A stretch of 64,000 nt of DNA, taken from Octopus sinensis. Lineage: Eukaryota. Positions 1 to 14,240 of the stretch are shown here, piece after piece. The notes below the pieces were generated by a model. The model had not been told where the DNA came from, made no database searches, and saw only the letters and a program-made list of their open reading frames with translations. A program made the translations under genes and the position numbers. Within the stretch, counting starts at the first letter, position 1; each line of letters begins with the position of its first letter. The stretch is from assembly GCF_006345805.1 (NCBI RefSeq), contig NC_043012.1, positions 46,376,001 to 46,440,000 of the forward strand. The letters are read 5' to 3'.

Positions 1-1349
1 TCAATTAGAAGCCATTTAAAAACTTTGTTCAATCCGAGTTTCACTTTCATGGCGTTCTCCCTATCTTTCATGATTTCAAATCGATAAAGCTTCACCCATC
101 TAATAAATATCAAATCTTATAAACCTGTCACTCTTTTTGCCTATGATTTTTTTCTTCTGGAACAAATCAGTTGGATTCAGATCTGCAGAGGGCTGCCCTC
201 GGTCATGTCTAAAATTGTCTAATGCTCGTTGTGAGTCACGACGGCGCCCCTACGACAACACGAAAGACTTCAATGCACAAGAAAATTACATGTCAAAAAT
301 AGTTGGAAATTCATTTCTTATTCTATAAATTTTAAACAAGATGTGAATATTTATGTTTTGAATTATGAACAGAAGCAAGAATTCTGGTGAAGAAGTAAAA
401 ATGACTGCTTCCTTTCGTGTTATTCCCGTGCATACTGTGTATGAATGACAGGAGCTTGAAGAACTGTACATTTTGACTTAACATTGAAGGAATGCAGCGT
501 ATACTCGATAATGTTTGATGTACTGTGAAATTGTGGAACATTTTAAATAAAATATTTACGATCTCTGTAACTCTGAGGCTTGTTTATGAAAATAATGGGT
601 GTTCCTCCCAAATTACCTTGACACACATGTATGTTGTACCGATAAATTTGCTAAAACGAAATGACCCAGATAGTAAAAAAACATACTTCTAAGAAAAAAT
701 ACCTGACTTTGCTCAGATAAACACGCACCCGCGAGCACTCGCACACTTGAAACTGACTGTGTAGAAAATCAATCAAATGATTGTCAACAAGTAGATTAGA
801 TGAAAAACAGACAGGAGAAGAAACCGAAGGATTTATGACGTCCCTCGTACTTCTAACAGAGAAAGACAAAATTTCAAAATGTTATTTCCTCATCAGAGGA
901 AATTGAAAGTAAAGCTGTGAAAGTAAAGCCATGAAATTGATGATATATTTAATTTTGTAATGTAGCATAATAGCAAACCGATGTTATAGATAAACAATCT
1001 CAAAGATTTATTTCAATAATGATTATGAGAAAAGTAATACAGCCGTTTCACAAACATCTAAGAAACATCATCTACAGAATAGATAACGAAATGCTTAACT
1101 GATATAAATGATAGAAGAGATTAATTTATTGTAACTACAGTTATATTAGAGGCAAACTTTCTGGATATTTAGATTTTTCCTTTTTTTTGTCATGTTTGCT
1201 AGAAAGATAGCGAAACATATGGCTTAAGAGATAAAACCTTTTAATCTTCATTTAAATCAAAACTACTGTACTCATACTCACACGCACTTCTCTTTCTCGC
1301 CCAAAATGCCTACACTTATATATACGTACGGTTAAAACTGGAAGTAGAG

Positions 1350-2032
1350 ATAAATGCATAGGTTTATATATATATGTATATATGTGCGTGTGTGTGTTTT
1401 CGTGTGTGTATGTATGTATATATATATGTTTATTTATATATATATTATTCATATATGAATATATATATATGCACACACATATTTAACCTACATAAATGCA
1501 AACATACATACAAGTGTATATATATATATATATATATAATATATATATATATATACATATATACATACATATATATATACATACATATATATGCATATAT
1601 ATATATTTATGTATATATGTGTGCATATAAATATGTGTATATGTACACACAGACACATATAAATACAAAGATAAATGTATATATGTATATGTGTGTGTTT
1701 CTGTGTGCATGTGTGTGTGTTTGTATGTGTGTGTGTATTTGTGTGTGTGTTTCTGTGTGCATGTGTGTGTGTTTGTATGTGTGTGTGTATTTGTGTGTGT
1801 GTTTGTAAATGTGTATGTATGCGTATGTGTGTCCGTATATACACGCAGACACACATAAACGAACATATACAAAATTATCCAGTAAGTTAACAGGATATAT
1901 TTGTCATATTTAAGCATATACAGTAGCCCATTGCGTGTGTATATGTATATATTAGTGTGGTTACACTTGTGTAGGTGCGTACATGTGTTTGCATGTATGC
2001 ATTATGTGTATCTCTCTATCTATCTATACATG

Positions 2033-2095
<63 letters not shown>

Positions 2096-2110
2096 GTGTG
2101 TGTAAATAGA
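1350..2110. repeat. Compound (TA)n/(TG)n/(CA)n microsatellite field
   Basis: Continuous dinucleotide and tetranucleotide repeats; source of the low-complexity ORFs 1374-1917. Confidence 0.95.
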
Positions 2111-3380
2111 TGTGTTTGTGAATGTTCGGATATATACACACACACTGCTCTCACGCAATCACACATGTTCGTCCTCATATTTGCGTGTGTATATTGTAAT
2201 ACCTTAACAGACAGAAAGCATAACGTTAATCCTAAAATGCATAGACTAAAATAAAGAAGAGAAAATATTGTTTTTGCATGCGTGCAAATGTATGTTGACA
2301 AATTCTATGCTTTAATACAGAGTAACTACTTTCACCGCAAATCCCTTTTCGCTAGTATTTGAAATGTCTTAGAATAGCAAAAACCACTTACATATTTTTC
2401 CACAACAAACATCACGTGTGTTAAATAAATCTCGCTTAATCTACTTTATCTGCTCTTGTCATTTACTTTGCTTTTAACACTTGCACTTATTTATTAGTTT
2501 GTTTTAATGTTGTTTTTGCTATTGCTGCTGCTGCTGCTGCTGCTGCTGCCGTTGTTGTTGTTGTGGCTGCTGCCGACATTGTTGCTGGTTTGGTTTTGTT
2601 CAGTTATATTCTTTCTTCTGCATTCGTATTTAGTTTGCGTTTATCTTCTTTAACATCATTTCTGCTATTTTGATCGATAAACTCAGCTTTGTGGTTACAT
2701 GGTAATAGAATTTATATGTTCGTGTGTTTTCTTTCTTTCTTTTCCCGTTAACTGATTATTTCATTCTTTCCTGATTCCACTACACTGGCAGAGCATTTGT
2801 TCCCTACATACACACATGCACACACACACACACATACGCAAATACACAGACACATACACACACACTCACACAGACACATACTTGTGTGTTTAAGCGTATA
2901 TGAATGCCTGCATATATCTACCAATAAACATGTATATGTATTTATATATACATGCATACGTATATATATATATACTATATATATGTGTATATATATACAG
3001 ACATATATTCATGCACATATACTCGCATACATACACGCATACATGCGTACATATATACATACGTAAATACATGTATACATACATAGTGATACCTTTTCAG
3101 CATTCTCATCCTATCATCGATAACCTTGTCAGAATAGATCTAAAGCATTATGTTATTTTGATTTTTTTTGGTGCTTTGGATTTTTATTCTGTCATTTATT
3201 CTATAAACCTATGAAATCCAAGTCGTCTACAATATCTGGATATTTCCTGATTTTAACACACATATGTATCGTTTAAAGTAGGATTTGGTAATCTTAGATA
3301 AATTCAGACTAAGTAAGCCTTAATGTCAAAACATATACTATTGTGTGGATAATATCGATGTCTACAATCACAATCTGAGA

Positions 3381-3421
<41 letters not shown>

Positions 3422-3489
3422 CAACTTTATATATGTATAGCTGTTCGGGTTTGTGTATGCGTGTGTGCTTGAAGTGTAAGTGTGTGTAA

Positions 3490-3780
3490 GCATTTCTTAG
3501 TGGTTAATCTGTTGCACTCACGATCGCGAGATGGTGAGTTCGATTTCCAGACCGGAGCGATGCGTCGTGTTCTTAAGCAAAGCACATCATTTCACGTTGT
3601 TCCAGTTCCCCTAACTATTAAGGGGGAATGTTACCCTTCTTGCCTAGCTAGCGGAGTGACATCATTCGAGGGCTGAAACGATGCAAAGCGTGTGTTGTGT
3701 ACGGGAAGTACTATGACTATATATACTTGAACTTCAGTTCGTCCCTGGTTCGATTCAAGTACATGATGTTCATAAGCCTC
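3490..3780 (+). mobile_element. tRNA-derived SINE
   Basis: A-box-like CTTAGTGGTTA (~3496), B-box-like GAGTTCGATTTCC (~3536), then a CORE-like GTGTTCTTAAGCAAAGCAC segment. The 3' boundary is approximate. Confidence 0.65.
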
Positions 3781-4434
3781 GAAAATGGCGAAATATCGAT
3801 ATCCTTGATGCGACAGGAAGCGATTTGTTTTGCTTGCCTATTTCATTCAAGTGTCTTAACACGTAGTGTCTTGAAAGGATCGTTTCCAGGCTGCTGTACG
3901 ACAACGAGCAGGCAAGCAAGCCAAACGCATACAATGCGTACGTGCGGTTGTAAATGTTTGCGACAGTAGTGCGGCGGTTAATTCATATTTGAATTTAATC
4001 TTATGTGAACATCATCGTGGCATACCAACAAATGGTTTTTACACTATTTGTATATAGTCATAGAGTGGCAATTCAGTATATCGCCGGTTCGATCCAGCCA
4101 GGTGGTGTTATAAAACAACACAAAAATGGCGAAATATCGCTACTCATCACTCCTAGATGTTTTAAGTCGTCTCGACTCTCTCCGGCTTTCAGGTATCTTA
4201 ACATGCAGTGTTATGAGGTCGTCATCCCATAACACTGACCGCATCGACTTGGCAAACAGGCAAAACACACAACTTCTTGAGTATGTGCGGTCGGTAATAC
4301 TTAAAATATTTGAATATATATATATGTATAAGTGTACGTGTATGTGTATTTGCATATGTGTGTGCTCTGTGTGCAGAACTATGTATAACCTCTTGTATAT
4401 ATGAGCACAGTTAGGTATATTTCTTTTTTTTCTT

Positions 4435-4800
<366 letters not shown>

Positions 4801-5142
4801 ATGGGAACTTTCTAGATGCAATTGCGTAGTCATTCATGGTACCCTACTTATAAGTGCACCATGTGTGTTATTAGGACGTTGATTATGAAGCAGTCAGTGG
4901 GTATTAGAACAATGTTCGTTGTGACTATTTTGACTATGTGTATCATAACGTTTTGTTTAGGTTTATGATGTGATATCATTTGCAAATGTATTGCAACTGG
5001 ATTTACAAATTTTTCAATATAGAAAGTATATAATTACGTTATGAATGTATCTAATATCACATTGGCATGGATGGATTTTACGACCATCTATTCGGACCAT
5101 TGACTATTCGGATTTTACGACCAACTGCGATTCCAAATTTGG

Positions 5143-5390
5143 TGTAGTGAAAATGGTACACTCCTTCCCACGTGATAAAGTGGTATGACTCAACCACTAT
5201 AAAGCCAGACAGTCAGTAGCTTTGAAGGAGTCAGTAGTAGTAGAGTCGTTGTATGAGTTGTCAGCTTCTTTAAGTATCAGTTACGTAATATATACGAATT
5301 CGAGTTACCGTCAAATTCATTATCTTGTAGAGCTATTAGCGATAGCACAATCGACGAGGCAAGGAAAATAAAACGCGGAATACCACAACA
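5143..5390 (+). mobile_element. Possible solo LTR (~250 bp)
   Basis: Begins TGTAGTG and ends CACAACA (imperfect inverted termini); TATAAAG at ~5199 and AATAAA at 5367. No target-site duplication (TSD) seen. Confidence 0.3.
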
Positions 5391-7336
5391 ACATAATAGT
5401 GACAAGAATATTACAGTGCCGACAATAACAAGTAGAAGATCTCACTCTATAAGAAACGTGTACGTTTATTATGAAAATATATAATGCTTTTTCACGAGTT
5501 CCACAATTCAACTTCATATATAAAAATACATAAACAATTGCAGATCCGTAGATGTCTTCATTTGGCAATTCAAATAGAATTATCTAGATTAAGTAAATTT
5601 TTAAAAAGTATGTCATTGCAATATTTGACTGTAATTTTAAACTTTTATTTAGGTTGATGAGATATGATGTAAAAGGATTTTCACTTCTATATTTAGGAGG
5701 GTGACAAGGCGCCATGTGATATTCGTAGCTGCCTTGTTTACACTTCGGGTGGCGATATTGCCGTATAAAATATGGCAATTGGGTAACCAGGGTCAGCTTC
5801 GCAATTATTATTAATTGCTTAATTAAATATTAAATTTCTGATACAACTTTTACACAACTTTCAGAACCTATATTGAAAATAATTCCTAGATTTAATTTAT
5901 ACAATTTTTAACAGCGTCCGAAGCATTATTGTTTATGCTGTGTTTTCCTCATTGTACATCACCTGTTTACTTTAGATTCTGCTAGCCATATTTATTTTGT
6001 CACGTACTTCATATATTGCTTTTGTTACTGTTAGACTCACCTGTTATAATATATGTATGTATGTAATTCTGTCTGTCTGTCTGTATGTATGTATGTATGT
6101 ATGTATGTATGTATGTATGTATGTATGTATGTATGTATATATGTATGTACGTATGTATGTATTGACAAACAAATACATATACATATGCCACATAGAGTAT
6201 GCATTTGAACTGTTCTGTCATGCAATGGTTTTTGAGATTTTGGAAAGCCAGTGACTACTGAAACAAACAATATCCTTTGCTATCGTATGCGTAGACATTT
6301 TATATTTTTCGCCATGTACCATCCTACAAAGATTATGCAAGTTTTAATAACTATGAACAGATGCACCAAGGATAAAATCATTGAATTGGCTTACAAATCC
6401 GATACATTTATCTTGTCCTACTAAATACGCTCACTCATTTTATTTCTAGATCTATACAACATCATTTTACAATCATATAGCTTTAGAGAAATATTGTCTG
6501 TGTCAAAAAGACCCAAACAAAAATGAGAATATAAATATATTGAGTATAACATGAACATTTAAGACAAGTGTATGCCTCTGTTACACTACGTATAAAACAG
6601 CAGTACGAAATACATTCCCAGCTTTTCGAAACCTCTCACTCTAATGGCTTGTGATAAAAGTTGTTAGGTAAAATAATATTTAATTCAGAAATGATTACGT
6701 TGACTTCCTTTGACGGTTACAGCTTTCTATTTTATTTCACTAGTATAGATTAGTTTCCGCACCGTACTATAACGTCCCTCCACGTATTAACGTGAGTATG
6801 CAATCTACTTCTGTGAAGTTCCTCTCAAATAAATTATTTTTCATGTAGATGTCTTTTTCTTCCAAAGAAACAGTCCCGAACTCAATCACACTACAAATAC
6901 GAACATTGACACTCTAACATGCGTCTCGAAGAGCATTTATACAGTGCACCGTGCACATTATATATCAATGTTTGTGCATGTGTATGTGTGCGTGTCTGTG
7001 TATGCTCCCGTATGAACCTTTTTCATTCTTTTGCTGAACTACAGCCATCGTACTGGGAGAGCGTCTTGAGATCTTTTAGCCGACCATATCTACCATAGTA
7101 CTTAATCTTGAGTCACAGACTTGCCTTCATGTTCACGGATTGCTGTAACACTAAGTTATGTATCCTAAAAACAGATCACTTGTATTAATGTATCACATGT
7201 TCACTCGCACACATGCATAGATATATGTGTCTGTGTGTGCATGTTGTTCTCTCTATCATGTGTATCTATCTATCCATACATATATACAAATACACCCGCG
7301 CATACGCTCACAAACAAACAGAGTATGTATATACAA

Positions 7337-7379
<43 letters not shown>

Positions 7380-8054
7380 GCAGAGAGAGATAATGATGCA
7401 AATAAGTAAACAAACACACTTGGGTTCCGTTAAAAAATATACATATACACGTGTAAATATATAGGGATATGTTGAGAGAGAAGCAAAAAATGGAACTATT
7501 CAGAAGACGAATATCCATGCATAAGCATAGAGATATTTATACAATCACAGAACAGATTTAAATGGTGTACAGAACATGCAGCTAACTAAGCGGAGAGGAC
7601 ACTGTATTTCAGGTCAAACAGCTGTTTTTGAAGACTCGGAATTACGTATTAGTTGTAATGTTGGCAGATGGAGTGTGCAAAATATCAAGAATCAGCAAAC
7701 AGTTTGGAGTCGTATAAACCTTAACGTAAATCTGACTCCGTCTGCAGGATGGAGAGGTATCTCCATTCCTACACTTACTCTGTATGTGTGTGTGTGTGCG
7801 CGCGCGCGCGTGTGTCTGTGTGTGCGTGTGTGTATAAATATAGACATATATACCTTATATATCGAAGAAGCATGCATACAGAAAGTGTGTAAGTAGGGAT
7901 ATTTTCAACTATGTATATATACAAATGCATGGCTCCGATTTACTTCTGTAAGAATGTAAGTAATATAGTTATATTATTACTTGACATGAAAATATATATC
8001 GATTAGCAAGCCACTATGCTTTCATGTTACGCTATAGAGTGCATATACAAAATA

Positions 8055-8680
8055 TTGGTTTCAAATTTTGGCACAAGTTCAGAAAGTTCAGTGGAAGAGA
8101 TGAGTCGGTTACATCGACGCCAGTACTCAACTGATAGCTATTTTATCGACCCTGAAATGATAAAAGGCAAAGACGATCTCGGTAGGATTTAAAACTCAGA
8201 CGTACAGACGGAGGAAATGCTGCTGAGTATTTTGCTGGGCCTATTACCGATTCCGCCAGATGACTGCCTTACTTTTTATAAGATATACGTTTCAAAACAT
8301 CCAAAGTATTGGCTTGAAATTTTTGCACAAGGCCAGAATTTTTTATGTCGATGATATACAACCTCAGTGCTCTAATGGTATGAAATCCGAAAGGATGAAG
8401 GAAAAATCAACCTCGACAGAATTTGATTTTAGACCGTAAAGAGACAGACGAAATACTGTTAAAATTCGTGGTTCTTAATTTTGGTACAAAACCAGGAGAT
8501 TTAGGGAGGGTCTAAGTCAATGACATCAAACCTAGTGTTCAACTGGTATTTCTTTTATCGAACCGAAAGTATGAAAATCACAATAGACGTTGTCGGAATT
8601 TGAACTCAAAATGTAAAGTTTGACGAAAAGCCGCTAAGCATTTTGTCCGACGAGGTAACGTTTCTACAAGCCCACCACCT
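8055..8680 (-). mobile_element. Three adjacent diverged copies of one tRNA-derived SINE (8055-8270, 8309-8463, 8469-8680)
   Basis: Each carries variants of AAATTTTGGCACAAGG...GAAAGGATGAAAGG...GGAATTTGAACTCAG...GACGAAA..GCTAAGCATT; same family as 28575, 48357 and 51115. Confidence 0.8.
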
Positions 8681-9253
8681 TAGTATTAGAAAAATGTTGG
8701 TACTAAATTGTCCAAAATATTGACAGTTGTTAATCAATTCCTTAATATTTTTGTCAGTTTGATAGTATACATATATTGCAGCTATAAAGCAGCAATTGTA
8801 CCTAAATATTTATGCAGCTTGTTTCACACATATTTCGTCTACTGAATAGCACCCAGCAAATATGCATCAAAATATTGACCTTATTGAAAATTATAGATCA
8901 TGTTTCATATTAATTGGGTGAGGTATATAGGGATTCTATGTACTCTTTTGTTGCGGGATATATAAATACAATGTTATATACATGAAGGATAAAATGCAGT
9001 ATGAGTGTGCGTGTATGTACGGAAGAATATAGAATAGTATGTATGTACATGTAAGCTTATATATATGCACACACACTAAGAGATTGTACAGAATTTCTGT
9101 CAAAAGTGTTTCAATTAAAGACATTAGTTGAATCAAGTCAACAGTAGGATACACCATGATGCCACACAGAATGTAAAGATATGCAATCCATGCGGGTGTC
9201 TTTTCAAAACATCATATATGTATATATGTATATATACACACACACAAACGCAT

Positions 9254-9292
<39 letters not shown>

Positions 9293-9309
9293 CACACATA
9301 TATATATAT

Positions 9310-9442
9310 AAGGTTTCTGAAGGTGGCTGGCGTATCTGCTGCGAGGAGGATCATCAAGGAATGTGGGGAGAAAGCAGTTGAGGGTAGTGCTTGGATTATC
9401 AGGAGGTTTGTGAAAACGTACAAATTTGATCTTGTTCTTTGA
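9310..9442 (+). pseudogene. Possible C-terminal remnant of a restriction-like endonuclease (REL) non-LTR retrotransposon (HERO/NeSL-like)
   Basis: RFLKVAGVSAARRIIKECGEKAVEGSAWIIRR resembles the terminal helix of REL elements (A..(G)S.W(I/L)). Similarity judged by eye only. Confidence 0.35.
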
Positions 9443-9778
9443 AGATAATTACTGGTTTCGCTATTGCTTTTCAAATTATGAGTTTTGTTTGCTAGGTGGG
9501 ATTTTTCAGTGAAGGGGAGGTAAATCTGTACATGTTTATATTGGTCTACATTTGATTCTTACAATAGTTGGGGTAAATATTTAATTTTCAATATGGGTTT
9601 ATATTTAATTCCGGCTTTTATTTTACAATAAATGTGGCTTCTTTATTTAGTCGTACTTGTGTTGAGGATTTTGTGTTGAGTAATTTTAATATTTCTATTA
9701 TTGAAAACAAGTGGATGTATTCCACCGAAACTAGGTAAATAAAACCATCGAACAGAGATTGTCGGAAGCGACACCTAC

Positions 9779-9840
9779 TGGCTGGCTACGCTGCATTGAA
9801 AAGGGGCAATACCCCGAAACGCGTCTGTAGCTGCCGGTCA
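9779..9840 (+). ncRNA. Type-I hammerhead ribozyme, U3-A8 core variant (copy 1)
   Basis: Stem I GCTGCA(9790-95)/TGTAGC(9826-31); core TTGAAAA; stem II GGGG-CAATA-CCCC; GAAA; palindromic stem III ACGCGT; GUC cleavage triplet. Stem I extends past a TAC/T bulge (TGGCTGGC/GCCGGTCA). Confidence 0.75.
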
Positions 9841-10140
9841 AGTAGTGTGGAGCGACTGACCTCCCTTGTTCGAAGGTTATATGGATACAGTTTGTGTATC
9901 AAATAGCTAACTTAAGGCGATGGCCTCATGGAGCTAATAAGCGGACAGCTTTATTCTTATTTTTATAAGAATGCCATATTAGTATGGCGATAACTATTAC
10001 TTTCCGGGAACGCTGCCGCTGTTCTCTTTTAGAGAGACTTAGTAATTTTAATATTTCTATTATTGAAAACAAGTGGATGTATTCCACCGAAACTAGGTAA
10101 ATAAAACCATCGAACAGAGATTGTCGGAAGCGACACCTAC

Positions 10141-10202
10141 TGGCTGGCTACGCTGCATTGAAAAGGGGCAATACCCCGAAACGCGTCTGTAGCTGCCGGT
10201 CA
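10141..10202 (+). ncRNA. Type-I hammerhead ribozyme, U3-A8 core variant (copy 2)
   Basis: Identical motif 362 bp downstream (core TTGAAAA 10158-64, GAAA 10178-81, GTC ending at 10187). Confidence 0.75.
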
Positions 10203-10359
10203 AGTAGTGTGGAGCGACTGACCTTCCTTGTTCGAAGGTTATATGGATACAGTTTGTGTATCAAATAGCTAACTTAAGGCGATGGCCTCATGGAGCTAAT
10301 AAGCGGACAGCTTTATTCTTATTTTTATAAGAATGCCATATTAGTATGGCGATAACTAT

Positions 10360-10398
<39 letters not shown>

Positions 10399-11006
10399 CA
10401 TACATACATTTATATATATATACACTTCCTGTTGGTTGAAGTAGACTGAACATTGCTGTACTACTTTTATGAAGATTCCCCTACAAGTTTTCACAAAATT
10501 GGTAACCAAGGTATTTTTCCAGTGAAGGGGAGGTAAATCTGTAAATTTTATAGTGGTCTATATTTGATTCTACAATAGGTTATGTTTCTATTTGCATTTC
10601 TATAGCTCTTGTTTCTAAAAATACTTCAAATTTGAAGTATTACATAGCTTTGTCTATACAAGATCATCGCCAATGAAAAGCTTTTTCTACGCGTGATATA
10701 GACACACTAGCGAATAACAGATTTACTCGACCGTAGGCAAATCGTAGTTGAAAAAGACCTCACCTTCTTTAGCGTCTAATTGCCCTTATTTTCTAACTAA
10801 CAATAAGTATGTTCAATGATAATTGAATGATTTCTATCCTTCTCCCGGTTTAAGAATCAGATTTTCAATAAAAGTAGGACACTATTATCAGATACGATTG
10901 GTCCTACTCCTGTTTTTAGCGCACTTCAGGAGAAAATCTAGCAGAAAAATAATTGCAACAAAAAATTACTAAGGGATTTATATGAGTATACAAATATATA
11001 CTCTCA

Positions 11007-11064
<58 letters not shown>

Positions 11065-11455
11065 GTGTGTGTGTGTGTGGTGTGTGTGTGTGTGTGTGTA
11101 TAGTGTTTGTATGTGTGTGTGAAATTTAATATACAGCGTATTAAAGTGATAGCTAATAACAGTTTCTTGCCATTAAGACACAAGACAAGTTATAAATACC
11201 TCTCTACCCACGTGTCTTCATCACAAGAAAATATTGGTGGCTTTTATTTTAATATAGTGTACATTAAATATTTACCTTTCATAGTAATTTTTTTGTTGAT
11301 CTTACCTTGACGGAACAGTAAAGTATATATACATATACATACATACATACATACATACATACATCCATACATACATACACACATACATACATGCATACAT
11401 AGTGTGTGTGTGCGTGTGCGTGTATATGCATGAATGTATTTGCTTGTGTGTGTCT

Positions 11456-11492
<37 letters not shown>

Positions 11493-11520
11493 GTACATAT
11501 ACATATATACACACACACTT

Positions 11521-11559
<39 letters not shown>

Positions 11560-12498
11560 ATTTATATACAAAGTAACATACACATTCAGTTAGATAGAAT
11601 AGAGAATAGATAAATAATGTCACATGATTTATTTAATGTATTTCTTTACCAAACAAATATAAGAAGAAACACAAACTGATTTCAGTGAAAACAATCTGAC
11701 GAATAATGTGATGAAATTTCGAAAGAAAATATATATTTGTACCGGGAAATGCAAACTTTTCTGACAGGTGATAAGAAGAATGGGTTTAAATTCTTTAACC
11801 AACAGCTTTTTTGTAAAAGCAATTTTAAGTAGACAAAATGGAATGGAATTAAATTTCCCCTGGTGATGTTATATTGTAAAGGTCGTTTGTATAAGTTTTC
11901 AGAGTGTTTTATGGCTGTGTTTGGGATGATTTAACTTACATTCAGTGATATAAGAAATAACAGTTTTCATGTGTCTCTCGCTCGTATGCTTTATTTTCTA
12001 AACGACCAGCAAATTACTAATCACATTCTACATTTTTCTTCTGCGTGTATGGGTGCGAGTGCATACATATACATTGTAATTTCAATTAATTCTACAATTT
12101 TACAATTTTATAATTTCACAAACTTATACAATTATAAGTCCACATTGGTTCAGTAACTTCTTTAAGCTCTAACACTATCCTAACATGAATAACCTCTCTT
12201 TCTCTCTATAATTAAAAATAAAACCTCAAACTTATTTTAAGTGTCTAAATATCTCCCTGCATCCTAACATACGGTTACCTCCCTTGAGGTGGAATCTGTA
12301 ATTCTGAAAATATTTTCATTCATTCCTTTTCATCGTTGCTTTTCTATTTCAGACAATTACTTGTAAATTTGATATATATCATAAGAAAATAGTATATCCC
12401 TAACCGTAAGTACTATTCACCGCGCCTTCAGTATGTAAGGCCCTTTCGACAATTCAGTCCTTGAATTTGTAAAATTTGTTTTGTATTTTATTGATAGA

Positions 12499-13352
12499 TT
12501 AGCTTAAGGTGACCCGCGCGTAGAGCGGGTAAGAGTGTTGTTCTTACATTCTGTTGCTTCCTTTTTATCACCACATTCTCCCTCTTTGTTTCTCTCTTCT
12601 TTCTCTCTCACTTTCCCACTCTCTTACTCTTCCTTTCTCTCGGACTCTCCTTCGCTTTCTCTTACTCTCTATCTTTCTCTATCTATCTGTCTCCCATTTA
12701 TAAACAACAAAAGATCTTGAGTAAGTTGAGAAAGAAAATATTTTGAAAGATCTTTCCGTTGAAAGATCAACGGAAAGGTCTGCTTCAAAGCAGACAGCAA
12801 AACACTAACATTTAAAAGGGACAGACGAACTTGCGAGCTGAATAAAGATAAAAAAATATTGGAAACCAAAATTTGAAGGGATAGAATCTGAGACAGTAGA
12901 GTCACCATGGCTGGCATTTCTTAACGACGGACAGCAACGTAGTGGCAGTTTAACGGCTGGCGTAAAATTTTGAACTTGATGTAAAAGAAAATTCCTAAAC
13001 ACCAAGTTTGAAGTGATTCTTTCTCACGACAGTAGACTCACCATGGCAAGCATTCAAAACTACTTCATCATGGACGGCAACACATTGAAGATTTAAAGGC
13101 TGGCGCAAATTTTTTAGCTTGATGTAACCACCCGCTCCTGTAAATTTTAATCCCCTTCCAGCCCCATTTAGACCCCTTTTCACATTTTGGATAATATAAC
13201 CCGACTTCATTCGGGTCTACTTGTGCCACATTTTATAAGGTGTGGAATTTTGTCCTAGAGGTCACGCCTTTCATTTGAGGAAAAAATTGTTGCCATGCAA
13301 ACTCGCCAGCTCTTTTAACATAGGTGTGCATATTTTCAGATCAAATGTATAC

Positions 13353-13406
<54 letters not shown>

Positions 13407-13939
13407 CAGATATATACACTTTGTATATATATATATGTATATATACATATTATATATAGAACACACACACTCACATAGATAAAATAACCCAATAAATATC
13501 TCATTCATAATATTTGTCCTCATGATTGTGTTGTTGTGGTGGTGGCCATGATAATTCTCTCTATGAATGCAGACAAACGTAGAGAGAAGGGAGATGCGGG
13601 AGAAATAGTGACAACGCTGGCGAAGGCGTCGAAGCAAAGATAGTAGACGCTGTCAAACGACGTTATAGAGAGAATGTGAAAGGAAGGGAGGAAAGAGAGA
13701 GAGGGGGGATGAAGACAGGCAGATAAAAGAATGAGAGTGGACTTGTCAAAGTGTGCGTTTTTTTGCCCTAGTAACCACAACTTTTAAGATAGGGATTTCT
13801 AACCTAACCCACTCACATCCCCACCTCATTTTACATGTCCCTGTAAATTTTGGAGTCAATCCGAAGGGATCTAGTGCCCTTTAACTCATTCCAATGCCAA
13901 AACCAGACAAACAAACTTTTGGCATTTCAGATTTATAGA
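12499..13939 (-). mobile_element. Non-autonomous Helitron-like element
   Basis: Minus strand starts A|TCTATAAATCTGAAATG..GTTTGTTTGTCTG and ends with hairpin ACCCGC-N7-GCGGGT, a 9-nt spacer and CTAA|T (CTRR end, A|T target). Internal ~140-bp diverged tandem at 12890-13125. Confidence 0.6.
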
Positions 13940-14190
13940 TATTGATTTAACGGACCTCGGAAACCTTGGCAAGTTGGACATCCGCAAAGCAGAAACAGCT
14001 GCAAGAGTTCAGTATTTTTCATTCATTTAATCTTATTGATTTAGTTATTTATTTATTTATTTGTTTACTTGAATATTTATTTTGATTAATAATACATGTG
14101 ATTGTATGTAACTAATAGATCCATAAGAATGTTTACAGGTTGATGTGTGTCGATTGAATATTCTCTCCATTTTCTTATTTGCCTTAGATG

Positions 14191-14240
<50 letters not shown>

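Larger units (their letters stand above)
9679..10361 (+). repeat. Near-identical direct repeat (321-bp copies, 362-bp period), each copy with a hammerhead; retrozyme-like or Penelope pseudo-LTR (pLTR)-like unit
   Basis: 9679-9999 and 10041-10361 differ by about one substitution on inspection; followed by (TA)n. Confidence 0.92.

Noticed and set aside
860-895. Minus-strand CTGATGA...GAAA
   Set aside because: Weak AU-only stem II and no stem I pairing; likely chance.
1-900. Non-repetitive stretch with coding-like composition
   Set aside because: All frames are stop-ridden and I could not recognise a motif with confidence. It may be an old transposon relic and needs tBLASTx.
11690-11730. CTGACGA...GAAA
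   Set aside because: No stem II or stem I complementarity.
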